Source: an uncultured Litoreibacter sp. (GTDB taxonomy: Bacteria > Pseudomonadota > Alphaproteobacteria > Rhodobacterales > Rhodobacteraceae). Taken from it: a DNA stretch of 64,000 nt. Shown here one piece after another: positions 38,801 to 47,052 of this stretch. The notes below the pieces were generated by a model, which ran no database searches, was not told where the DNA came from, and was given only the letters and a program-made list of their open reading frames with translations. The position numbers and the translations under genes are program-made. The stretch's first letter is position 1. Each line of letters opens with the position of its first letter. The stretch is from positions 500,485 to 564,484 of the forward strand of contig CANLQL010000003.1 in NCBI GenBank assembly GCA_947493265.1, written 5' to 3'.

Positions 38801-39806
38801 CTTCCGCTTGCGCACGGGTCACACCGCTCACGGCCCAATCATCGCTTACCCCGCCCACCGGGATGGACCCGACACGCGGCCCGGAAGACTGTGTCGTCTC
38901 CACTTTGGGCAGCACACGACAGTTCCCGGCACGAAGGTCATCCCCGAACCAGCTGACAATCAGCGAGGTTGCGTTGCAATTGGGCAGCTCACGCGTCATC
39001 GCATCAAGGGAGACATTCAGGTCAGGCCGCCCTTCGGCTGAATTGACATTGACCGCCCTGTCGCCACCTGACACGCCGCCTTTGTAGACCGGGTCTGTCG
39101 ACAGGGCGAACTCACCGGTTCCGGGCATCAAAGCCACAGCCTGCACCCCTTCGGCCATTGTGACGTCAAGGCGCGGTGTCTCGCTCCCTCGGATCACTTC
39201 AAAGGAAAATTGTGGTACGCGATTGCCAAATTGCGTGACGTCCAAATCCTCAATGACAACGTAGGCCAGGCCCCGATAGGCCGGCACATCATCAGCACCC
39301 TCGATTGCGCTGATCACCGGGTCGGGAACCTGATCTTCCGTACCATGATAGACGCGCAGGTTCAGATCACCGGTCGGAAAGATTGCGCCATCAACCCAAA
39401 CGCGACCAATCCCTGTGATCGGACCTTCGCCAAGAGCAATCGCCAGGTTGATTGAATACGAGTATTCGCTGGTCGTCGGAGCTGACGGCGTCCCTTTCGA
39501 TCCGCTGGCCTGCGATGTTGAAACTGTTTCGCGGTAGTTGCTGGTCCAAATGACATTGCCCGACACCCGCATCCGCCCGTAAACTGACGGCACAACGGCA
39601 CCCTCGGAAGCACCCATGATCCGCATTCGGTCAATCTGACCGGTTTCCACGGTTTCAGACCCACCACCGAGCAGTTTCTGGTCAATCGACCGTCCAATAG
39701 TCGCCCCAACCGCGCGGCCAATCACTGCCGAAGACAGCCCCAATACACCGCCACCGATGCTGCCGCCAATCGCAGCACCCGCTGCGGAAAGAAGAATTGT
39801 CGCCAT
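35859..39806 (-). CDS. GTA host-specificity / baseplate protein (RcGTA g15 equivalent)
   Basis: 1315 aa with a Gly-rich N-terminus. Its size and position match the phage-tail/TIM-barrel-like g15 family. The ATG shares one nucleotide with the g14 stop. Confidence 0.85.
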   Translation of the reverse strand: MATILLSAAGAAIGGSIGGGVLGLSSAVIGRAVGATIGRSIDQKLLGGGSETVETGQIDRMRIMGASEGAVVPSVYGRMRVSGNVIWTSNYRETVSTSQASGSKGTPSAPTTSEYSYSINLAIALGEGPITGIGRVWVDGAIFPTGDLNLRVYHGTEDQVPDPVISAIEGADDVPAYRGLAYVVIEDLDVTQFGNRVPQFSFEVIRGSETPRLDVTMAEGVQAVALMPGTGEFALSTDPVYKGGVSGGDRAVNVNSAEGRPDLNVSLDAMTRELPNCNATSLIVSWFGDDLRAGNCRVLPKVETTQSSGPRVGSIPVGGVSDDWAVSGVTRAQAEAVAQVDGRPVYGGTPTDASIIQAIQTLNERGQDVMFYPFLLMEILDGNSLPDPWSGAPSQPALPWRGRISTQKAPGQAGSTDQTAAARLEVDAFMGAAQPSDFTINGTTVSYSGQPGWGYRRFILHYANLCAAAGGVASFCIGSEMRSLTQIRDDTGAFPAVEAFVQLASEVRTILGADTKIGYAADWSEYFGYQPPDGSGDVLYHLDPLWSDDEIDFIGIDNYMPLADWRDGDDHLDKAEFHTMYDLDYLRGNIAGGEGYDWYYRDPEERELQIRTPIEDGAHNEPWIYRNKDLRNWWTLPHYERSGGTRNSIPTAWEPRCKPIWFTELVCAAVDKGPNQPNKFLDPKSSESGLPHFSSGRRDDYAQMQFLRAYFSYYAEPENNPTSEVYNGPMVDMSKAFIWAWDARPWPDFPNNTNVWSDGANHVAGHWLTGRTGTQPLSNVVASICEASGLTQYDVSQLHGIVRGFSVDGLETARAQLQPLMVSYGFDAVEQGGILKFRNRDAAPVITVADADYTIEGSDGVLEQSRAPEAEVVGQVRLGYIEADGEFAPRVADARFPDDAVNAKSQNDMPLSFIASEARAISERWLSEARVARDTVRVTLPPSRGDIYAGDVMRLSQNGKGLLYRVDRIEDRGARIVEAVRIEQQIYTPSDSTEEIPELRPFAVPVPVSAQFMDLPLLTGSEVPHAPYLAAFAQPWPGGAGVYAAPQDSDYGLNTIIGSPSVIGVTQSVLSAATPGLWDRGPALRVSLLGGTLSAVTPEAVLNGANVAAIGDGSNDNWEVFQFTDAQLIAPGVFDLSVRLRGQAGTDGLMPDTWPEGSTFVLIDGAPEQINLDLSARDLARHYRVGPAARPVSDPSYQHYVEAFKGVGLRPYAPAGLSQLKDGNDDLFRWHRRTRIDGDSWVSTEVPLGEDNEAYLLRISSNGTVIRQENLTTTGWTYTAAMRAADGVTGTYTLEIAQLSQSFGPGLFARKEINA

Positions 39807-40252
39807 TACGCACCTGCTTTCGGAAGTTTAAATCTAGCGACCACCCGGCGCGCCCAAGGCTCGGAAAACGGTGATTCCACAACGCCGTGGCCGCTATAGG
39901 CGTGAATAAACCGCGGCGTGTCGCCAACCTGCGACGTGATCCCGATATGCTTGGCCACAGCGCCATGACGCATTCGGAACAACAATACGTCGCCGGCTTC
40001 CCGCTCGAACGGGGCTTTGAGATGCAGATGGCGACTTGCGGCATGCCACAAAGCCTCGTGGCCTTGCGGTTCTGACCAATCGGGACTGTAGCGCGGAATA
40101 GGCTCCGGCAGGGCCCCATAGAGCGTGCGCCAGACACCCAAAAGCAGGCCCAGGCAATCCGCCCCCGCCCCTTTGCATGACGCTTGATGACGGTAAGGTG
40201 TTCCCACCCAGCTGCGCGCCTCAGCAACAATCACATCATTGAAATTGCTCAT
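39806..40252 (-). CDS. NlpC/P60-family peptidase (RcGTA g14 equivalent)
   Basis: 148 aa with GTPYRHQASCKGAGADCLGLLLGVW (catalytic Cys context) and H..I..., as in the phage-associated NlpC family. Confidence 0.9.
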   Translation of the reverse strand: MSNFNDVIVAEARSWVGTPYRHQASCKGAGADCLGLLLGVWRTLYGALPEPIPRYSPDWSEPQGHEALWHAASRHLHLKAPFEREAGDVLLFRMRHGAVAKHIGITSQVGDTPRFIHAYSGHGVVESPFSEPWARRVVARFKLPKAGA

Positions 40253-41133
40253 GAATACCGGCTCCCGCCATCGTTGACGCCGTCACGTTTGGGATAGGCA
40301 ATCAACCAGTCTTCGCCCGGGATATGGGGGAAGCCACGAAAATTAAGCAGGTTCTGGAACTTCAGCTTGCAGGTGTCCTTGCGCTTGTCACACCCCGCTT
40401 CAAGGCGCACCAGATCACCTGTCGCGGTTGGCAAGCGCAACTCTTCCCACAATTCGATCACCCGACCGTCTTCGGTGATTTTATCGTTCTTGATCACGGC
40501 AACTTGGCCCATTGCAGCGCCACTCAGAACATCAAAGCGACCTTTCTCGAACCAACGGTCGTCAAAACCTTCGAGCGCTTCAAAGGTAAAAACCCGACCT
40601 TCGACAGAGGCTTCGACAGCCAGGTCCGTACGGTATCCCGGTTGATCCAAATCGACTTTGCAGCGTGCATCGCCAAGAATTGCCTGACACGGCTTTTGAA
40701 ACACATTGCCCTTGGGCAGGTTCAACTGTTCAGAAATCCCGCGCAACTCTGCCTGAAAAGCACCATCTGTGCGCTTCAGCTCACCGATGGTGCCCGCGAA
40801 TTGTACAGTCCTGCAATCCAGATCCGCCCAGTTGACCAGCCAGGCGGTAATTTGCGCCCCGTCGAAGCGACCCGCCGCAATGTCACTTTCGGTGACGGAG
40901 GCATCAGAGAGCGCACCAAGCGCTTCGGTATTGTCGACGGCAAGGCCTGTCACCTGCGCCAAAGCGCTCGCGGTCAAGCCGCTGTCGGCCTTGAAAGATA
41001 TCCCCTCAAACTCAAGCGTTTGGTCGTGGTCTGTGAAACCGAAAACCTGCCCGTCGCGACGGGTAACCGCCCAGCACCGGGCGACGGTCGTTTGACCGCC
41101 CTGCAGATGTGCCCGCAATGCATCCGCGCTCAT
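40249..41133 (-). CDS. DUF2163 (phage BR0599-like) protein (RcGTA g13 equivalent)
   Basis: 294 aa containing ...CWAVTRRDGQVFGFTDHDQTLEFEGISFKADSGLTAS.... ATGA overlaps at both ends. Confidence 0.85.
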   Translation of the reverse strand: MSADALRAHLQGGQTTVARCWAVTRRDGQVFGFTDHDQTLEFEGISFKADSGLTASALAQVTGLAVDNTEALGALSDASVTESDIAAGRFDGAQITAWLVNWADLDCRTVQFAGTIGELKRTDGAFQAELRGISEQLNLPKGNVFQKPCQAILGDARCKVDLDQPGYRTDLAVEASVEGRVFTFEALEGFDDRWFEKGRFDVLSGAAMGQVAVIKNDKITEDGRVIELWEELRLPTATGDLVRLEAGCDKRKDTCKLKFQNLLNFRGFPHIPGEDWLIAYPKRDGVNDGGSRYS

Positions 41134-41762
41134 ACCCGCACCTCAATCACCGGAACACTCGGGATATCACCGGCTTGAAACGATGCCACACTGGTGAGAA
41201 TGACATCCGTGTCAAACCGCACCGGGACGTCAAATTCGAACCCAGCGGTGATTTCAACCCCGACATCCGGAGCTTCCTCAAACGTCACCACACCGGTTTC
41301 CAACGCGATGTCCCAGTCGATACCTTGTTGCAACGCGATCCCGTCGAAACCGACCAAGACTGACCCCAGCACAGGCTTTTTCACCGGCCGGGCGTAGGCC
41401 TGCGCACCAGAACTGTACGTTTTTACCAGCGGAAACTGCGTTGTCACACCATCGCCCGTGCCGATAACCTGATCCTCGAAACTGACCGTGCCAGACGCTT
41501 TGCAAGATCGGTAGTCTGACCAATCCTTCCAGCGAAACCCGTAAAGCTGCCCTTGGCGGGCTTCAAAGAAGGCGATCATCGTTTCAACATCGTCGAGCGA
41601 GCGCATACCGACACCCGCATCATAGCGCCTGCGCGAATGCGCCCACGGGGTGTTCCTCTCTTCAAAACCGTTGGCGAGGGTCACAATCTCGGTGCGTCTC
41701 TCAGGTCCACCTAAGGAGCCGAAAGACAGCGATGCCGGGAACCTAACTTCATGGAAATTCAT
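41130..41762 (-). CDS. DUF2460 protein, distal tail protein (RcGTA g12 equivalent)
   Basis: 210 aa. MNFHEVRFPASLSFGSLGGPERRTEIVTLANGFEERNTPW... is characteristic of this family. Confidence 0.85.
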   Translation of the reverse strand: MNFHEVRFPASLSFGSLGGPERRTEIVTLANGFEERNTPWAHSRRRYDAGVGMRSLDDVETMIAFFEARQGQLYGFRWKDWSDYRSCKASGTVSFEDQVIGTGDGVTTQFPLVKTYSSGAQAYARPVKKPVLGSVLVGFDGIALQQGIDWDIALETGVVTFEEAPDVGVEITAGFEFDVPVRFDTDVILTSVASFQAGDIPSVPVIEVRV

Positions 41763-41774
41763 CGGATTTTTCCC

Positions 41775-42440
41775 CTATCTGTTGCGCTGACCACTGGCCA
41801 GAACACGGCTCATCTGGGCCGCAATCTGACTTTGAGAACGCTGGAACCCCGCCACGTCGGGGGTCTGAATATTCATCGTGATATTGACCGCGCGTCCGCC
41901 GCCTTGGGTCTGAACGCCAAGCCTGCCATCAGCCCCGCGCGCCAAGGGCATGATCGCTTCCGGTCCCGCTTCACCCATCAGGCCTGTCCCCCCGCGCATC
42001 GGGAAATAGGACGGGCCAGAGACAACGCCCCCCTTGGCAAACGGCATCACCCGGCCTTGCGAAAAGGTCCCACCATTGGCAAAGGGCAATATGCCGGAAA
42101 CAACCCCGTTGATCCCTTCGGCAATCGCTGTTCCAAGCCCGTTCTGAACCGGTTTGAGCGCCGTGTTATAGGCGGCATTGATCATGCTTTCGGCGACAGT
42201 TTTCAGCGCATCAGACAGTTTCAGGCCATCAAAAACCAACCCATCAAAGGCTTTTCGCAACCCACCCCCGATCGACAATGACAGCGAATTCACTTCTTTC
42301 GAGGTGTAGAGCATCGTTTTGCGCATCACCTCCAACTCCCCCTCAAAGGTAGAGACGATCACCTCGGCCCCCCCGAGCGAGTCTTCCAGACCTTCAATCC
42401 GTGTCTCCAGGCCATCCAGCCCATCAAAAATACCCATCAT
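41775..42440 (-). CDS. Short tail tape measure protein (RcGTA g11 equivalent)
   Basis: 221 aa, Gly-rich, in the syntenic position after the chaperone pair. Confidence 0.75.
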   Translation of the reverse strand: MMGIFDGLDGLETRIEGLEDSLGGAEVIVSTFEGELEVMRKTMLYTSKEVNSLSLSIGGGLRKAFDGLVFDGLKLSDALKTVAESMINAAYNTALKPVQNGLGTAIAEGINGVVSGILPFANGGTFSQGRVMPFAKGGVVSGPSYFPMRGGTGLMGEAGPEAIMPLARGADGRLGVQTQGGGRAVNITMNIQTPDVAGFQRSQSQIAAQMSRVLASGQRNR

Positions 42441-42652
42441 TCACCTCCCAGAGTGTCGGCCAAGTTGCTGGTATAGAGCCGATCAAGCTCTTCCAGACGG
42501 GCCCGGTTCAACGGTTTTTCCACGGCATCGAGGCCAAGCAGCAGCGTGACTTCCGCAGGGGTCAGCGCCCAGAATTCCTGGGGTTTTAAACCACCCCCCT
42601 GAACGCCCAGCTTCAGCAGCGCTGGCCAGTCAAATCCGCGTTGCGCACTCAT
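42437..42652 (-). CDS. Tail assembly chaperone-like small protein (RcGTA g10.1 equivalent)
   Basis: 71 aa, with ATGA overlaps to both neighbours and a syntenic position. Confidence 0.65.
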   Translation of the reverse strand: MSAQRGFDWPALLKLGVQGGGLKPQEFWALTPAEVTLLLGLDAVEKPLNRARLEELDRLYTSNLADTLGGE

Positions 42653-42966
42653 GCTGTGGCCGCACCAAAGGCGCGGGCCAGCAAATGCGCTGCGACGCGT
42701 GTGGCTTCCAGCAATCCACCCTGAATTTCAGAACTCAGCAAATCATCTGCCGTGCCCCGCCACCCACCGCCACGCAGCCCGGCGACGATCAAGGCAAGAA
42801 CATCGCGCGTTGCGAACCGGCCCGTCTCAAACCGTTCGATCAGATCAAGAACCGTTTCATCTTTCAAACTCGCCTCAAGCTCAGCCAGGGCCCCAAGCGT
42901 CAGCTTGCACGTATGGGCCTCGCCTTCGATGATCAGTTCCACTTCCCCCGCCCATGGATTGGCCAT
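42649..42966 (-). CDS. GTA family protein, tail assembly chaperone-like (RcGTA g10 equivalent)
   Basis: 105 aa containing MANPWAGEVELIIEGEAHTCKLTLGALAELE.... Confidence 0.7.
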   Translation of the reverse strand: MANPWAGEVELIIEGEAHTCKLTLGALAELEASLKDETVLDLIERFETGRFATRDVLALIVAGLRGGGWRGTADDLLSSEIQGGLLEATRVAAHLLARAFGAATA

Positions 42967-43382
42967 CAGACGACCGCCGTGAAGGTCAATTCGCCAGCGG
43001 ATGCCAGGGCCATTTCGTAGGTCGCTTCACCTTCCAACGCGCCCGCATATTCAATCGACGTGATTTGAAACGCGCCTTGCACGATACCAAAATCAGGAAT
43101 GATCACCTGAAAACTGGGCACTTCGCCATCAAAGAAAATCTGACGTGCACGCTCGTCCGTGCCCTCGTCGCGAAACACGCCCGAGCCGGAGATTGAGGCC
43201 GATTTGACACCGGCGCCCGCCAGCAATTCTCGCCACCCGCCTTGGCTTTCCAATGACGTCACATCCACTTGTTCGGCATTGAACGAGATCCGCGTTGCGC
43301 GCAGCCCCGCAATCGTCTCAAACTGGCCACTGCCTGTCAGATCGACCTTCAAAAGCAGGTCTTTACCGCGTTGAACACTCAT
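42966..43382 (-). CDS. Major tail protein, TP901-1-like (RcGTA g9 equivalent)
   Basis: The ATG at 43382, after GGAGAA, is preferred over the TTG at 43394. The protein begins MSVQRGKDLLLKVDLTGSGQFETIAGLRATRISFNAEQVDVT.... Confidence 0.85.
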   Translation of the reverse strand: MSVQRGKDLLLKVDLTGSGQFETIAGLRATRISFNAEQVDVTSLESQGGWRELLAGAGVKSASISGSGVFRDEGTDERARQIFFDGEVPSFQVIIPDFGIVQGAFQITSIEYAGALEGEATYEMALASAGELTFTAVV

Positions 43383-43416
43383 ATCATTCTCCAAATTCAG
43401 TCAGTCGAAATAGGGA

Positions 43417-43443
43417 TGCGGTCGGAAAATCAACGCGACCGCA
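43417..43443 (-). other. Stem-loop in the g8-g9 intergenic gap
   Basis: TGCGGTCG-(11 nt)-CGACCGCA forms a perfect 8-bp stem, located between the g8 stop and the major tail gene's ribosome-binding site. Confidence 0.4.
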
Positions 43444-43456
43444 GAGGGAAAAATTT

Positions 43457-43867
43457 CTAGTTGTCGTCGACCCGCGCACGGAAGGTCAGATCGATGCGTC
43501 GGGCCGTTCCGGTGTCCACTCGCGCCGCGCGCGCTTTGTAGAACCGCAGGCTGACAAGGTCGCCGCGTCCCAACACCAGATCAGCATCAATCAACGCGTC
43601 CGAGATCGCTGCAGCAACGGTCTTGGCCCCTTGGAAACCGGCGGCATCCGTTATGACGCTGACCTGAAATTCGTGGATTGCGCCGCCTGCTGTTGCGTCT
43701 GATTGCGCACGTGCGGATTCCGGGCCAAGGCTTACATAGGTTGAGGGCAATGTGCCTGACGGCTCAGCATCGAAAATTGCGCCCGGCACCAGCGAGGTCA
43801 GAACTGGATCAAGCGATAGGTGCTGGAACACGGCCGATTGCAGGGCGGCTGAAATTGCGTAGCTCAT
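43457..43867 (-). CDS. DUF3168 tail completion-like protein (RcGTA g8 equivalent)
   Basis: 136 aa in the syntenic position, with an ATGA overlap with g7. Confidence 0.7.
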   Translation of the reverse strand: MSYAISAALQSAVFQHLSLDPVLTSLVPGAIFDAEPSGTLPSTYVSLGPESARAQSDATAGGAIHEFQVSVITDAAGFQGAKTVAAAISDALIDADLVLGRGDLVSLRFYKARAARVDTGTARRIDLTFRARVDDN

Positions 43868-44199
43868 CCAACCACCTCCTCACGGGCGAAACACGTCAGG
43901 TAGCGCGCGTCCTGGTCATATTCCGCGACAGCCAGAATTCGAAAAACCCGCGCGCCTTCGCGAAAACGCTGATCTGGGCGCGGACGCGATGGCGTGCCTT
44001 CAGCGGCTCCTCGAACCACGATCCGGTAGGGCACCGTCGAAACCGTGACAGCTTCGCCAAACCGTTCACGGCCTGACCCTGCTTTGACATTTGCCCAAAG
44101 GGTGCCAATCGCGGTCCAAACCTCGGTAAAGCCACCTGCCCCGTCAGCCGCGCGTGCCGCTTCTTCGAGGACAAGTTTTCGGTTCAGCGCGATACTCAT
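43864..44199 (-). CDS. Head-tail adaptor / head closure protein (RcGTA g7 equivalent)
   Basis: Track ORF 43864..44361 was trimmed to the ATG at 44199 (MSIALNRKLVLEE...), which overlaps the g6 stop as ATGA. Confidence 0.8.
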   Translation of the reverse strand: MSIALNRKLVLEEAARAADGAGGFTEVWTAIGTLWANVKAGSGRERFGEAVTVSTVPYRIVVRGAAEGTPSRPRPDQRFREGARVFRILAVAEYDQDARYLTCFAREEVVG

Positions 44200-44792
44200 G
44201 CGCCACCTCCGAAAACCCGCACATTGCGGTGCGGCTCCAGAAGCGCCATCACGCCAAACGGCATCAGGCCCGCAACACCGGACGTTTCTGATCGGTTTTC
44301 GTAGTAATGTGCGGCCAACAAGAACGTGGCGTGGCCCAGATCCGCGGGGATTTCGTCCCAAACGGTTGCAAAGCCTGCATCAAAGGTGACCTCGGCACTG
44401 CCAAGCTCAGGAATGGTCGGCAATGCGGCACCAACTGCCACCAATTTCGGGCGATGCGTATCGCGCTGCAAAAGGTAGCTGGTATTGTCTGCAATCGTCG
44501 CGACGCCGTTACGATCCTTGACGGTCACATCGACGATATCCACGACCGGAGCCACAGGAACAGGCTGCGCATAGGATTGCGCCCAATCCTCCAACGTCCA
44601 CAGCAAACGGCGCACCAGAAGCATCTTGCCAGTTCGGGCTTCCACCGCCGCAATGGAGGCGCGCAGATAGCTTTCCAGAACCTCGTCTTGGATGGCATCA
44701 TCGGCGAAACCAGACCCCATCCGAAGGTGCGATTTAAGCGCATCCAGGGGCAGATCGCCCACCGCTATCGTGCTGAGTTCCTCTAGCATCAT
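44196..44792 (-). CDS. Head-tail connector (gp6-like) protein (RcGTA g6 equivalent)
   Basis: Track ORF 44196..44906 was trimmed to the ATG at 44792, preceded by a strong GGAGGTGG ribosome-binding site. The protein begins MMLEELSTIAVGDLPLDALKSHLRMG.... Confidence 0.8.
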   Translation of the reverse strand: MMLEELSTIAVGDLPLDALKSHLRMGSGFADDAIQDEVLESYLRASIAAVEARTGKMLLVRRLLWTLEDWAQSYAQPVPVAPVVDIVDVTVKDRNGVATIADNTSYLLQRDTHRPKLVAVGAALPTIPELGSAEVTFDAGFATVWDEIPADLGHATFLLAAHYYENRSETSGVAGLMPFGVMALLEPHRNVRVFGGGA

Positions 44793-44920
44793 GATCCACC
44801 TCCGGGAAAAATCGTTTGATAAAAACGGGGTACGCGCATTCTGATCCGGCACATCGCATGGGCAATGGGGAACAGCTGGACAACGCGACACGGACCAACT
44901 CCGCACGCACCCCGCGATAT

Positions 44921-44945
44921 CTTTCCCCAGCTGGGCCGGGGAAAG
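44921..44945 (-). other. Stem-loop downstream of the major capsid gene
   Basis: CTTTCCCC-(9 nt)-GGGGAAAG forms a perfect 8-bp stem within the 181-bp g5-g6 gap. No U-tract follows. Confidence 0.4.
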
Positions 44946-44973
44946 ACAGGTCGTTCAGATCAGGCGTGATGCC

Positions 44974-46179
44974 TTAGGAGACGGAGAAGTTCAGCAGCTT
45001 GATCGCCGCAAAATCGCTCACATCACCGCCCACGCGTTTGGTTGCATAGAACAACACGTGCGGCTTGGCGGAGAACGGATCACGCAGGATCCGAAGGTCC
45101 GGGCGCTCGGCGATTGTGTAGCCCGCGCTGAAGTCACCAAACGCAATCGCATTGGACCCGGACGCAATGTCAGGCATGTCCTCGGCAATCAGAACCGGAT
45201 AGCCCATCAGGCGTGCAGGCTCCCCAGCGGCAAGCCCATCGGACCACAAGAAACGACCATCTGCGTCTTTCATCTTGCGGACCGCGCCTGCGGTTTTGGA
45301 ATTCATGACAAAGGCCGCGTTTGCCCGGTAGCGCGCACCAAGCGCATAGACCAGATCGACAATTGCATCGGACGCGGACGCCGTTGCAAACTCACCATCT
45401 GCACCAGTTGGCACATAGCCAAGCGAACCCCAAGACCAGCTGTCATTGTCGACCGTTGTGTGGGTTAGGAAGCCACGCGGCTTGTCGACACCATCGCCCG
45501 CAACAAACGCGGCAGCTTCTGCCGTCGCAAACTTGTCTGCGATCCGTGTCGCCAACCAGCCATCGACGTCAAATGCAGCGTCGTCCAACAAGCGCTGAGA
45601 CGCTTTTGGCAAGGCAGACAGCTCGTGCAGCGGGATCGTGATCCGGTCAAACTGCGGGGTCGATGTTTCAACGGAATCTGCCGCTTCTGATGCCCAGGCA
45701 GAGCCCATCTCTGTATGATCAACCAGCACTTCAAATGCAGTCGCTTCGACATTCACCACATTGGCCAAAGCCCGCAACGACGCCTGAGACTTCAGAACGG
45801 TTTGGATCGTGTCCGCTGTTTGCGGGTCAACAAGGTAGCCACCATCAGCTGCCACAGAGGACGAAAGCGCTTTGCCATCCAAATCAAGGCCGCGAAGTCC
45901 GTCATCATCGCCAGAACGCAAATAGGCTGCGAAGGCTTTCTTATGCGGGGCACTTGCCTCGATAGATGTCGACAAAGCCGGACGTGCCGCGCGCGCGAAA
46001 TTTTTCCGATCCAAATGGGTCATACGATCTTCCTGTTGTTGTAACTTTGATTTTACGTCCGCTTGGAACGCGTTGAAATCATTCAAAAAACCGGTCATCT
46101 CTGAAGCCAGATCGATAGCCGGGGCCGAAGATGATGGCACATCGCCACCGTTCCGGGACTTGGTCTCGGGTTTGGTCAT
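44974..46179 (-). CDS. HK97-family major capsid protein (RcGTA g5 equivalent)
   Basis: 401 aa with an N-terminal delta-like/scaffold region followed by the capsid fold. It follows the prohead protease. Confidence 0.95.
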   Translation of the reverse strand: MTKPETKSRNGGDVPSSSAPAIDLASEMTGFLNDFNAFQADVKSKLQQQEDRMTHLDRKNFARAARPALSTSIEASAPHKKAFAAYLRSGDDDGLRGLDLDGKALSSSVAADGGYLVDPQTADTIQTVLKSQASLRALANVVNVEATAFEVLVDHTEMGSAWASEAADSVETSTPQFDRITIPLHELSALPKASQRLLDDAAFDVDGWLATRIADKFATAEAAAFVAGDGVDKPRGFLTHTTVDNDSWSWGSLGYVPTGADGEFATASASDAIVDLVYALGARYRANAAFVMNSKTAGAVRKMKDADGRFLWSDGLAAGEPARLMGYPVLIAEDMPDIASGSNAIAFGDFSAGYTIAERPDLRILRDPFSAKPHVLFYATKRVGGDVSDFAAIKLLNFSVS

Positions 46180-46213
46180 GTTTCGTCCTGTAATTGGTTA
46201 ACGGATGTTGCCT

Positions 46214-46786
46214 TTAGCCCTGGGCAAGGGTCTGACGCATGGTGCGAAAAACACCGGCCAGGGTCTGCTCCGTATTGGTGATCAAGGTGTCAGCCTTGGC
46301 TCCAACACGGGCCTGAGGAAGCATGGGAAATGTCACAAGTGAGACCTCCCACAATTCCAGTTCTGCCAATTGCCTCCGGCCCTTGGCATCCCGTTCAGCC
46401 TTCACTGTCCGGTATCCGATCGAGAGCCCATCAATAGCCCCCGCTTCAATCAAGGCCGCAGCTTCGCGGCCCTGTTGTGTCTCTGTCAGCAAGCGGCCTT
46501 TGACGAACAAGCCCTTGCCGTCTTCACGCACCTCATCCCACACGCCAATTGGCTGAGACGGGTCATGCTGCCAAAGCAGTTTTACTTTGGTTTTGGCGTC
46601 TTTCAGCCGGGTCAAGGACTTCGCATATGCGCCCTTCATGACCACGTCGCCGCCTTGGTCCAATTGATCGAACAACGATGCATAGCCAGAAATCGTCGCA
46701 TCCGCACCCAATTCAATGTGGTCGGAGATCGCGCAATATTTCCGCTCGAGAGCCGCCTCAAAAATGGGCTCAAAATGGGTTTTCAT
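46214..46786 (-). CDS. HK97-family prohead protease (RcGTA g4 equivalent)
   Basis: ATG at 46786 (MKTHFEPIFEA...). ISGYASLFD..D.GGDVV..GAY, LWQHD and LSIGY motifs are present. Confidence 0.9.
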   Translation of the reverse strand: MKTHFEPIFEAALERKYCAISDHIELGADATISGYASLFDQLDQGGDVVMKGAYAKSLTRLKDAKTKVKLLWQHDPSQPIGVWDEVREDGKGLFVKGRLLTETQQGREAAALIEAGAIDGLSIGYRTVKAERDAKGRRQLAELELWEVSLVTFPMLPQARVGAKADTLITNTEQTLAGVFRTMRQTLAQG

Positions 46787-46806
46787 AGTTTGGTCTCTCC
46801 TCAAAA

Positions 46807-47052
46807 TTACTGAATCAGAAAACCAGTGATGGTCTCTGAAAGAACGGCTGCCGATACGCCGAAAATTGTCAGCCAGACGCGGCGCTCAAGCCGCTCAATC
46901 GCCTGTTCGATCTGGCTGAGCCGATATTCCAGCCCTTTCCAGCGCTCTTCCTGGACCCGCTCGTTGGCCTCGACCGTATGCGCGGGCGCATAGTCGAATG
47001 GCTCGTACAGGTAGCGCGATCCGCCGCTGCCACGCTTCGGGCTGTCTGCCAT
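46807..47052 (-). CDS. Small protein with C-terminal TM helix (RcGTA g3.5 position)
   Basis: The ATG at 47052 shares one nucleotide with the portal stop. 81 aa. Supported by conserved position only. Confidence 0.55.
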   Translation of the reverse strand: MADSPKRGSGGSRYLYEPFDYAPAHTVEANERVQEERWKGLEYRLSQIEQAIERLERRVWLTIFGVSAAVLSETITGFLIQ

